DNA from: Macrostomum lignano
Lineage: Eukaryota
DNA length: 64,000 bases
Assembly: GCA_002269645.1 (NCBI GenBank)
Contig: NIVC01002890.1
Span: 1 to 64,000, forward strand
Direction of reading: 5' to 3'
Position 1 is the stretch's first letter. Every line of letters starts with the position of its first letter. The position numbers were made by a program, and so were the translations under genes. Below, in pieces: positions 24,201 through 36,200 of the stretch. The notes below the pieces were generated by a model. It did no database searches. It saw nothing but the letters and a program-made list of their open reading frames with translations, and had not been told where the DNA came from.

Positions 24201-27200
24201 TCCTCATTGCTACTAGGATTAAGCCTCAGATCCTCAGGCTACTAGGGTTAAGCCTCAGATCCTCAGGCTACTAGGATTAAGCCTCAGATCCTCAGGCTAC
24301 TAGGATTAAGCCTCAGATTATTGGCTGTGATGCAATCAATCTCAATGAAAGATTCAATGCTCATGAAACCAACTCACTCGCTGTAGGGTATTGAGCACGA
24401 GAGCAGCCACGCCGAGGAGCAGCTGAGCAGCATCTTCTTCTTCTCCGTGTCGGCCAGCAAGTACACTCCGGTCGGCTTCATCCGTTTCCAAGGCTACCCA
24501 GCCCAGCTGGCCTGGCTGTCCTCCGGCAGCGACCAGCAGCCCGACCAGGTCCGCGTGTTCTTCACCGACGGCCGAGTCTGCGACTTCGACTGTCCGGACC
24601 CGGCCAAAGTGGACGCATCTGTCACCTACGAGCTGGCTGGCTTCGACGTGAAGCAGCGCTTCGCCTTCGCCAGCGTCAAGTCCAAACTGCGCCGAGCCGA
24701 GGAGCTGGAGGAGATCCACCGCCTGGAGGCCGAGGAGATGAAGCGGCGTGCCGAGGAGCGAAAGAGGAAGCTGGAACGGGCCTGCAGACGGAGGAGGAGC
24801 AGGCCAAAGAGGTGGAGGACGAGGTGAGTGTGTTGTTGTTTTACACCTGCCGGATTCGTCAGATCGTAAGAAGTTTCTGCAAGCCTATATTGGTCAAGAT
24901 CGAGAAATTCGAAATAAAGCTACTTATTTATAAGTAGTGCAAATAGATATTTAGAATCGTACCGCAAGCGCAACTGTTGAGAAATAACTTACTAGTACGG
25001 TATGTCCTTGATAGTTTAATTATTTAATTATCTTGTACAGATTCTCAAGCATGAAAACTTTATGCGCGCCGCAATTTTAGTCCGTCATTAAGGAATTGGA
25101 AACTCGGGAGGCTGTAAAAGTTGTAAGGCTACGAAGAGCTGCAAGCAAAGTCACTCTGTGCGAGTTTTATAAAGAGTGAACTTCAAATTTTGTCACGAAT
25201 ACCTTTTCCAGCTAACGAACCCTTGGCTCAAATCAAGCTGTCACTGTGTGCGCGCTTTTCATCAAATTTATCGTTCATTTTCAGCGATTTTTATAAGACT
25301 TACCGACTTGAGGGAAATTAGAGGAAATTAATCAAATACGAAAAGACTGTCGGCTTGAGTACCAAAATGAGAGTCAAAAGTTGGTAAAACGTTGCACTGT
25401 TGCACACCTCTATCAAAGACTATTCAAGTAGGACAGGAGACCTCGTTTCTGTCCTGGATATTTTTTATTCTTCGTACATTTGTACATGTCTTGTGCCTGA
25501 AAAACCATTAAAATGGCAGGGCTCAACTCATTGGTTTTGATGAATCTATTTTATCACTCTCAGCTGACTGTGCAACAATATGTGTAACAGAGATGATAAA
25601 ACAGATTCATAAAACCATGGAGTCGAGCTTAGCCATGCATTTTTTATGATGATTTGTAGGTACAGGGAATGTACGTAGAATAAAAAATTAACATTGAATC
25701 CTAATTTTCTGAACGAAAAGCTCCTATGAATATCAATAGAGCTATAAGAAAGGCACAACATATCAAAAGATGAGCATTGGGTCTGCCTCCTATCGAAAGC
25801 AATAGCAATTTTTGTGCTGAAAAAATGAAAACTTCCTATCTCCGTGGTGTATTTTTTTTTGAAAAAAAACTTGCCTCTAAATTTTTTTCAAGAAACGAGG
25901 TTTCCTTTCCTTCTACTTGAGTAGTCCTTGACCTCTACACGTGTGCTCAAAAGTGTTGACTCGACGAGATTCGACGATTCATTCTGTGTTGTATTCTCAT
26001 GTACTACAGTACTCGTACCAGGTAGCTATGCGCAAAGTCATTAGTAAGCAGGACAGTGCAAATAGGGGATAATGCACAGAATTTGCACTACTTCTCTGAT
26101 ATTTGCTATAGCATTGGAGGTTTAGCATCGAATAATGTTTTTGAGAGTTAATGATTTTCATAGCACGGAAATCTTAAAATCTTTGGCCTCGCCAAAAACT
26201 CCCAATTGACCCTTGGCAATTGAGTCTTGACATCTCATCAAGTAGATAAGTAGTAGTATACTGACCCCTGAGTACACAGAAAGCACACGGGTACGTACAG
26301 GTATATGTGCAAGAGTGTAGACGCTCATACAGGGTGCACAGCGGCATGCATACACTCTATGCGCATTGGGGTTTGACCTTCATTTGCCCCAATCACCCGA
26401 CGCAAGAGTCGGATGCAAAACAGACTCGCGTTACGATAGATGCTAAGCAACCCTATAGGAGTCACATATTTCTCGTCAGTGCTTTCGGCCAACGCACGAG
26501 AAGATCTTACCTAAACTTCACGCTTTGAGAACGAGTACACGTTTGCATAAAAATTTGTCAAAATCTTCTTGCAGGAGAAGGAGATCGCCAAGCGCCGCGC
26601 AGAGGAGCAGCAGTGGGAGCCTTATTATCCAGAGGAGCCGTCGCCGATCCTGTGCGGTCTGGTGCCCGACAATCAGCAGAACGCCTTTTGGCTCTCCATG
26701 GGCGGCTTCGACTCCGGCTACCTGTACAGGTGCGAGTACCCGGCCGAAGCTCCGAAAGATTTTGAAGCGGCCAAACGCGAGCCGGTGCACAGCGTGACGG
26801 TGAAGGACTCGTCAGATGTGCCCGTGTCGGTGATCAGCTTCAGCAAGTCCGGCCGGCGGGCGTACCTCGGCATGCAGGACGGCAGCGTCCGTGTGCAGCT
26901 GCTCGACACGCCGTTCGACATCGGCAGCATGACCAGCCAGTGGTGCCTGCCGATGCACGACAACGACTATGGCGCCGTGACCGGCATCTGTCCGAGCCAC
27001 GACGACGCCTACCTGATCAGCGTTGGCCGGGACGGCAACTATTTTGTGTACAACATCATGCCCGAGGAGGAGATGCAGGTGAGACTATTGTAGCTACGGA
27101 AAATCGCATGATCTTTAGCGAATCTTTAGATTTTATCGAGCATCGAGCGGTTGCTTGACCAGGAGCTCCCTTCAAAAACCCGAGAACATTTCGCCAACTA

Positions 27201-30200
27201 AAAGCTACTTATAGTAGTAAGCGATAAAATTCTATTTGCTACTAAATAATCCTCACTACATTTATCGTCAACAGGAGCGACAGGCTGCCGCGGCCAAAGC
27301 CAAAGCCGCGGTGCTGCCATCAGCCAAGCGAATTCAACGCGGCGACGACATTGATGATCCCGGAGCGTACAGCATCGAGGAGGACAAGCAGAAGTCCGAG
27401 CATGACCGGCGGGTGAAATTGGCCGAGGAGAAAAAGGCAGGAATTCGTCGGCGTGTTAACGAGCTTCGGGTGGAATTCCGCAAGCTTAAGGAGCTCAACC
27501 AGGTGAGTGAAACTGGAAACAGGAGTTTCTCTGTCTTCTGATGACTCTGGACAAGTCGCTTTGCCGCTTGAAACTTTAAACCCTCCTTTGCATCCAGCGA
27601 CTCTGGACGAGTTGCTCTGTCTCCTGATACCTTCCTCTGCATTTAGTGCATCCAGTGACTCTGGACGAGTTGACCTGTATCCTGATACCTTTCTCTGCAT
27701 GAAGTGACTCTGGACGAGTTGCTCTGTCTCCTGATACCTTCCTCTGCATGAAGTGACTCTGGACGAGTTGCTCTGTCTCCTGATACCTTCCTCTGCATGA
27801 AGTGACTCTGGACGAGTTGCTCTGTCTCCTGATACCTTCCTCTGCATGAAGTGACTCTGGACGAGTTGCTCTGTCTCCTGATACCTTCCTCTGCATGAAG
27901 TGACTCTGGACGAGTTGCTCTGTCTCCTGATACCTTCCTCTGCATCCAGCGACTATGGACGAGTTGCTCTGTCTCCTGATACCTTTTTCTGTATCCAGTG
28001 ACTTTGGACGAGTTGCTCTGTCTCCTCATACCTTAGAACGTCCCCTGCATCCAAAGACTGTCAAGTTGGTGCTGCTTTGCTGCAATCCATTCAGAAGATC
28101 CCGCAGCAAGCCATATCATAGTTGCTGCTTCCATTTTTAGGCTCTACCAGAACGAATCCAACTTCGCCAACGCGAGTTTGAGATGGTGCCCCAGCTGAAG
28201 CTGGACATGCAGGAGCAGCGCAAGCAGAAGGTTCATTTAGTTGAACGCGAACTGGCCTGGGAGTCGGAGCGCTGTCAGATTGCCCTGAATAAGCTGCGCA
28301 AGCGATTCCTCGACGAGCTGGAATGCGATCTGGTGGTGGTTCGGGCCATCGAGAGCGACCACGAGGTGGCCTCAATTCGAACATCTAAGCTTAGCGAAGC
28401 CTTCAACCGGCTCAAGGAGGAGATGGAAAGAAAGAGGACGCTGGCGAGTCAGAAGGACGCTACTAGGGATGCTACGCTGCTGTCTGCCAGTGAGTTCTCT
28501 GGCTGACTTACAGTTTAGGGGAGTGAGCTAGGAGGGCCTGCGCAACCTCAGTGCGTCTAATAGAGTCACCCTGTGCCAATGCTCACTGCTCTGCTCTCTG
28601 ACCTATGTCCTCTGCCCACTGTCCTCTGCCCTCTGTCCTCTGCCCACTGTCCTCTGCCCACTGTCCTCTGCCCTCTGTCCTCTACCCTCTTTTCTCTACC
28701 CTATGGTGTCTATCCTCTGGTGTCTACCCTCTGGTGTCTACCCTCTGGTGTCTACCCTCTGGTGTCTACCCTCTGGTGTCTACCCTCTGGTGTCTACCCT
28801 CTGGTGTCTACCCTCTGGTGTCTACCCTCTGGTGTCTACCCTCTGGTGTCTACCCTCTGGTGTCTACCCTCTGGTGTCTACCCTCTGGTGTCTACCCTCT
28901 GGTGTCTACCCTCTGGTGTCTACCCTCTGGTGTCTACCCTCTGGTGTCTACCCTCTGGTGTCTACCCTCTGGTGTCTACCCTCTGGTGTCTACCCTCTGG
29001 TGTCTACCCTCTGGTGTCTACCCTCTGGTGTCTACCCTCTGGTGTCTACCCTCTGGTGTCTACCCTCTGGTGTCTACCCTCTGGTCTCTTTTCTCTACCC
29101 TCTGGTGTCTACCCTCTGGTGTCTACCCTCTGGTGTCTACCCTCTGGTCTCTATCCTCTGGTCTTTACCCTCTGGTCTTTATCCTAATATTATATTACGT
29201 TGCAATCAAGCCAATTTACATTTTTTTCTTCACTCTTTTCCATCCAATCTTTCAGATCAACGTAATCAAACTAGTCTTTAAATTGTTTGACTTCATCTAA
29301 TTAAATATTGCATATGCAGCATTTTAAATTTGCTAATAACAAGTTTACTAACCCAACAAAGTTCTAAACTAAATTTATGCCAATTACAAAAAACCAGGTT
29401 TTATACAAAAGCTATCGTTTAGAAAATTTCTGATAATTTGATAACCACTAACTAATTATGAGAAATGCATAATGAAAACTTATATCAATAGACTTGAAGT
29501 CTGGCACACCCTTTGGTCTCACAAGTTGGCACAAATATTTACTAATCAGATCCAAATTATATTACTAACAGTAGCCGGGTAATGATTAATATGGCAATTC
29601 TTTCAGAGCAGAGACTGCAGATTCATCGCGAAGTAATCGCGACTGCGCAGAGTAAGATTTTTCTACAGTATATGCTTTCATCTGACCGCGGCCTGAGGCA
29701 GAGATCTGTCAGTTTTATAAGCTGTTCTATAAAGAAGCACAAACTTGAAGCAGCACCACGGCATGAACTTGTCTTTGAGTTATCGATTTTCTCTTGGCTT
29801 TTCCAATCCCTAGCTGAATCCGGCGCACACCAATTCTTAATGCTATTTAATGCACCGTAATACTGCCGCGATTCCTGATTGGCTGGCCGTCGATTTTGGC
29901 GCCAGTTCAAATTGAAGTAAAGCTATATCTGCAGATATCGTTTCTGATTTGCACTGCACCACTGATTGCTATCTAGATGCTCGACTATGTATGCAAAAAT
30001 TTTGAACGAAAAAGCATTTTGCATTCTACATTTTGCACCTCGCATGAACTTTTTGATTTGTTATAATTTTCTTTAAACGTAAAAAAAAACATTTAAGATT
30101 TTGCTTTCCATTCTATAATTGTTCCGCCAGTTGATTTGGCTAATAAAGATTTCAAAATTATAATTATTTAGATTATATTTTTAGGTTTGTGAAGTCAAGT

Positions 30201-33200
30201 AAGCCTTGACCTTAAATGTTCCCATTCCAAATAATCGCAGAGGAAGTCACATTGGAGGCCTCCGCCGAGAAGGAGGAGGACTCGCCGCTATTCAAGTCCA
30301 ACTTGAAAGGCGCCCGAGGCGAGAGAATCCTTCGTCAGCTGCGCAAAGTGGAGGAGAAGAAGCGCAAGCGAGCTCAGCGCAGGCAGGAGCGCCAGGAGCT
30401 GGAGCAGAGCAAACCGTCCGACGATTACGACGATCCCGAGGACGTTCGCGCCATCCAGGAGGCTCGTGACAATATGGGCGATTTTAAACTGAAATCCGCC
30501 GGCGATTATGTGGTGCCGCCGCATCTGCGGCTGAGCTCCGATAAGGCCAGGCAGAAACTGATCGACCTGGATGAAAAGGTGGGGTGGCTCTGTGGCCTGG
30601 ATGGGGGTGGGTGGCTCTGTGGATTGGATGGGGGTTGGGTGCCTCTATGGCCTAGATAGGGGTGGGTGGCTCTGTGGCCTAGATAGGGGTGGATGGCTCT
30701 GTGGCCTAGATAGGGGTGGGTTGCTCTGTGGCCTAGATAGGGGTGGGTGGCTCTGTGGCCTAGATAGGGGTGGGTGCCTCTATGGCCTAGATAGTGGTGG
30801 GTGGCTCTGTGGCCTAGATAGGGGTGGATGGCTCTGTGGCCTAGATAGGGGTGGGTGGCTCTGTGGCCTAGATAGGGGTGGGTTGCTCTGTGGCCTAGAT
30901 AGGGGTGGGTGCCTCTATGGCCTAGATAGGGGTGGGTGGCTCTGTGGCCTAGATAGGGGTGGGTGGCTCTGTGGCCTAGATAGGGGTGGGTGACTCTGTG
31001 GCCTAGATAGGGGTGGGTGGCTCTGTGGCCTAGATAGGGGTGGGTGACTCTGTGGCCTAGATAGGGGTGGGTGGCTCTGTGGCCTGGATAGGGGTGGGTG
31101 GCTCTGTGGCCTAGATAGGGGTGGGTGGCTCTGTGGCCTAGATAGGGGTGGGTGGCTCTGTGGCCTGGATGAGGGTGGGTGGCTCTGTGGCCTGGATGGG
31201 AGTGGGTGACTCTGTGGCCTAGATGGGTAGGTACATATAGCTGACTGTCTGTGTGGCCTGGAAGAAGCAATGGGTAACGAAAGTACTAAAGAAACTGCAT
31301 CCATCCAGTTGCAACTTAACACAAACGTATCTAACAAGATAACATGTCTTTACATGTAGTTCCATACTCCGGCTCTTCGGATACACAAAATAGCCCTCGA
31401 CCTTGAGGGTCAGGTAAATTATAATTACGTCGTGTAAATGCACTTCATCCAAACAAAACTTTCACAGCGGTTCGGCATTCGATTTAGAGAATTCACCATG
31501 ACAAAAAATGATTGAATTTTTAGCAAGCATATTTTTCGTATTCACTTTTTTCCTACCCTCTTCGACATTAAGATCACACGATGTCGTCTGCATTGAGCAC
31601 ACGTCTCTAATTGAAACTGACATTAGTTTCTAACCAAACCAACATTGACATCACTCAGGCTTACCAGCAAAAGTGCGACTTCAACCGGCGTCTTGTTGCC
31701 CTACGCGATCGCAAGAAGCAGCTGGTCCAGGAGCTCAACGCCAAGCTGCAACAGCTCGAAGCCATTCAGCTGCGCTTGCGTCCTGACGACCGCAAGCCGC
31801 TGCCGCCAAAACTGACTATGCACTCAACAGAGACTCCGGAGAAGTGAGTTTAGGGCCTGGCGTTGTCATTGTGTAGCATGAAGTAAACACATCCAGCAGG
31901 GGTGGATCCAGAGGCGCTTCTGAAGGAATGGCGCCTCAAAAAAACAGCACCCCAGAGACAGCACTGCATAAAAACAGCACATCCCAAAGTCAGCACCTCG
32001 TAAAAAACAGTATCCCAAGGGTAGCAGCACATAAAAACAGCACCCTCAATGACAGCGCCGCATGATTGTTCATTTTCTGATCAGAACGTCTCAATTTCGC
32101 TACTAAGAGTAGAGAACAGCGGACTGAAGCCATATTTTAAACTGGCGTCGCCCGCAGGAAATACGAATACACACAGGAGACTCTGATGGAATTCAAGGCG
32201 GAGATGGAGGCCAAAGCGGCGGTTGCGGTCACGGGCGAAGACGATCAAGGCTTTTCGGCGTTTAAAAAGGTTTGAAATTTTTTTTTTCAAAATTTGATGG
32301 TTATTCAAATTTGTGCCACTCGTCAGATTTTAAGTTTAACTTTTGTTTTTTGCCGACAAACCTTTATTAACACCATTGAATTGCCGTAAGTAAATACTGA
32401 GGAGTCCTTTTAACTTCAAATACTATTTGTTTCTAAATTCCAGGATAACGAAAAGGTGATGTGCAAGTTAAGAAATTAGTGCTGTTTAGTAAAGTCACAG
32501 TATAACATCACCATGCACACATCTAGTTTCAAGAATGAGTACATTATAACGAAATGCTCAGAAAAAGTAAATAGCGCAAATTAAATACTAATTTGTAAAT
32601 AATTCTACTTCTATCTATTTAGCTATAAAATACAGAGCTTCTGGCTAAAAATATTTAAGCTGATTCACTTTACGTTTTAGTAAAGCCGGAAATTTTCCGG
32701 ATTTTCCTAATTTACGGATCCTAATATAAACTTACTTTGTGAAGAAGTATTGTCGCTTCTCACAGTAGCCGGATTTTATTAATGTTTCTCTTAGTTTTTT
32801 ATTCCATCGCCATTTTTTAAACTAACAACATCAGCAATGCAAATAGAGCTTTAGCTTTGAAATAGCTACCTAGCGGAAGTGCGAAGTTTTTTCGCACAAA
32901 CTATTTTAATTCTCGAGTGTCATGAGACCCACTGTTGTGCACACAAGGACTACTCAAGTAACATATATACAGAACGCAACACTCAAAATTTATGGTAAAT
33001 GTTTTGAAGGCAACTTTTCGCCGAAAAATACACTGCAGAGATAGGAGGTTTTAATTTTTTTCAGCACAAAAATTGTTATTGCTTTTGATAGGAGGCAGAT
33101 CCAGTGTTCATCTTTTGATATGTTGTGTCTTTCTTATTGCTTTATCGATATTCATAAAGCTTTTCGTTCAGAAATAGTTTTAAAGGCAGGTTTCACTGGA

Positions 33201-36200
33201 AAAATACACTACGGAGATAGGAATTTTCACGATTTCCAACAGTAAAACAGTGATTGAGTCTCTTAACAGTGTCAGAGAAAGTTCTAATCACACTATTTTG
33301 TGTCTCACATGCTGCTCTAACAACGCATTAATCGATTTTTATGTTAAATTGGTCTGTCACTTGAAAAAACGTTTAAAGACCAATTTAACATAAGAATCGA
33401 TTAATGCGTCGTTAGAGTGTTGTTGTGTTGAGTGTTGTTGTCACTGTTTTAGTGTTGAAAATCGTGAAATTTCCTATCTCCGTAGTGTATTTTTCCAGTG
33501 AAACCTGCCTTTAAAACTATTTTTGAACGGAAAGCTTTATGAATATCGATAGAGCAATAAGAAAGGCACAACATATCAAAAGATGAACACTGGATCTGCC
33601 TCCTATCAAAAGGAATAACAATTTTTGTGCTGAAAAAATTTAAACCTTCTATCTCTGTACTCGTAGTGTATTTTTGGGCGAACAGTTGCCTTCAAAACAT
33701 TTACCATAAATTTTGAGTGTTGCGTCCTGTGTATATGTTGCTTGAGCAGTCCTTGTGTGCAAATTGTTCGTTGCAATTATTTGTGTCATGACCGTCATGT
33801 AAACCTGTGTATGGCTTGTGCTGCTTAATGTAAGTTACCTGTGTGTTCGCCTTGTTTTAACCTTGCCGGACTGCCTGGCCTATGCTTTTTTATACAAGCA
33901 TTTCAACCTAAAAAAGCGAAAAATATTGTCGTTTTTAGGCCGCCGCTGCGCGTGCTCGGAAGAAGCGGGTTTGTACTGCTAATTTGAAACCGAACTCGGT
34001 GCTGTTGTGCAAACTATGAAAGCTTTGTGGCGCACCATCGCGATTCTGACCACCAAGCACCTGAGGGCTAAAGTGTTGAGCTAGTGTTTCAGTTTTGAAA
34101 TAAAGCTTTCATTTAAACTCGAACTATTCCAAAACTTTTCTGAGAGTTGATAAATATTTTCTGGTCTATCCTGTTGTGCATCTTCTATGGGGTTGCACTG
34201 GATTTTCTGTTGTCTGTCTGAAATGCACACCAGTTTAAAATACGGGGATATTCTTCGTATTTGTATTGTTTATTGACTGTCCTTCTATTTTACTATACGT
34301 TTATTTTTCTCAAATCATTTTACAACGAGTGCGCTTTGCAACCTGATAAACAATTGAGATCAAATCGACATCGTCAATCTCAAATCTTGAAGCTGAAAAC
34401 ATAGACCCAATGAAGATTATCCATCTCATAATTGCACTTTAAAGCCAATGTTGACCTAAATTATCCGTCATCAGGCAGCCGGAATCAGCAGCCTAGCGCC
34501 GCCAGGTGGCGCTCCGGGCGCCTCCTCGTCGCAGCTGACGGACGCCGCCGACGCCGCCTCGGTAGCTGGCACCGACAAGTCGACCTCGGCGCTCTCCGAA
34601 CTGCAATCGGAGCGCCTGGCAGCTGAAAATCTGCGCAATTTGTATGCGCAAAATCAACTGTTGCGCGAATTTCAGTCTGCGGTACGCAACTTTGATTGCG
34701 AAGTTCGCCTGCTTCGGCACGAGAAGTTCGACTTGGACGCCAAGCTAAAGCGGGCTGAACTGCGCCAAATCACCCTTTTTGAGGAGTTTCAGCTGCTGCA
34801 GCAGTTCGAGATCTCAGAGAGCACCCTGGCTAACCGGGTGGAGCAGAGGGGCGAGGAAAAGATCGACGTGCAGAATAAGGTGAGGCTGCGCTGCGCTATC
34901 CATTGGTATGTCTCTGACTGACTGGAGATGTCTCTGACTGACTGGAGATGTCTCTGACTGACTGGTGATGTCTCTGACTGACCGGCGATGTCTCTGACTG
35001 ACTGGAGATGTCTCTGACTGACTGGAGATGTCTCTGACTGACCGGGAATGTCTCTGTCTGACTGGAGATGTCTCTGACTGACTGGAGATGTCTCTGTCTG
35101 ACTGGAGATGTCTCTGACTGACCGGCGATGTCTCTGACTGACTGGAGATGTCTCTGACTGACTGGAGATGTCTCTGACTGACCGGCGATGTCTCTGACTG
35201 ACTGGAGATGTCTCTGTCTGACTGGAGATGTCTCTGACTGACTGGAGATGTCTCTGTCTGACTGGAGATGTCTCTGACTGACCGGCGATGTCTCTGACTG
35301 ACTGGAGATGTCTCTGACTGACTGGAGATGTCTCTGACTGACTGGAGATGTCTCTGTCTGACTGGAGATGTCTCTGTCTGACTGGAGATGTCTCTGTCTG
35401 ACTGGAGATGTCTCTGACTGACTGGAGATGTCTCTGTTTGACCGGCGATGTCTCTGACTGACTGGAGATGTCTCTGTTTGACCGGCGATGTCTCTGACTG
35501 ACTGGAGATGTCTCTGTCTGACCGGCGATGTCTCTGACTGACTGGAGATGTCTCTGTCTGACTGGAGATGTCTCTGACGTACTAACGATGACTATAACTT
35601 GTGATAGTTGTCTAACTGGCGATGTCTCCGTCTACGAGCGTAACTATTAATGTCTTAACACAACCCCTTGAACAGGTGGTCGAATGCACATCCAAGATTG
35701 AATCAAAGAAGAAGGATATCGAGCGAGTGCAAGAGAAAGATCGACTGCTATTCGACACTTTCAAGGAAAGTCTTGGCGAAGGCAACAAGTTCACTGAGTA
35801 CTTGACTAAAGTCTATCGCAAGCGAATCAAGCGCAAGAAGGTTGAAAAGGAGGGCGAAGGTGAGCGTTTTGTTGTTTTAGCTTTACAGACAACAATTAAA
35901 AAACTAAATTAATGTACTATCGATTTTTAGAGTTCTTGATAATGGCAAGTTTATTTTTTATTACCTGCCGAGTCTGTGCCATGTTTTCGATGGGGGCATT
36001 AAGGTTCAGTTAGATGTTAGAGGAGAGTGGCGCCAGAAATAGGGATCGGTGGCGCTAAACCGGGATCGGTGGCGCCAGAATGAGGATCGGTGGCGCCAGA
36101 ATGGAGATTGGTGGCGCCAAAAATGGGGATCGGTGGCGCCAGACGGTGATCGGTGGCGCCAGAATGGAGATTGGTGGCGCCAGAATGGGGATCGGTGGCG

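Noticed and set aside
29582-29910. Nested gene in CFAP44 intron 6
   Set aside because: Short ORFs on both strands with no recognisable motif and no convincing splice structure.
28573-31337. ORFs such as STLWCLPSGVYPL and HPYLGHRAT
   Set aside because: They are open frames through intronic minisatellites inside CFAP44, with no domain content.
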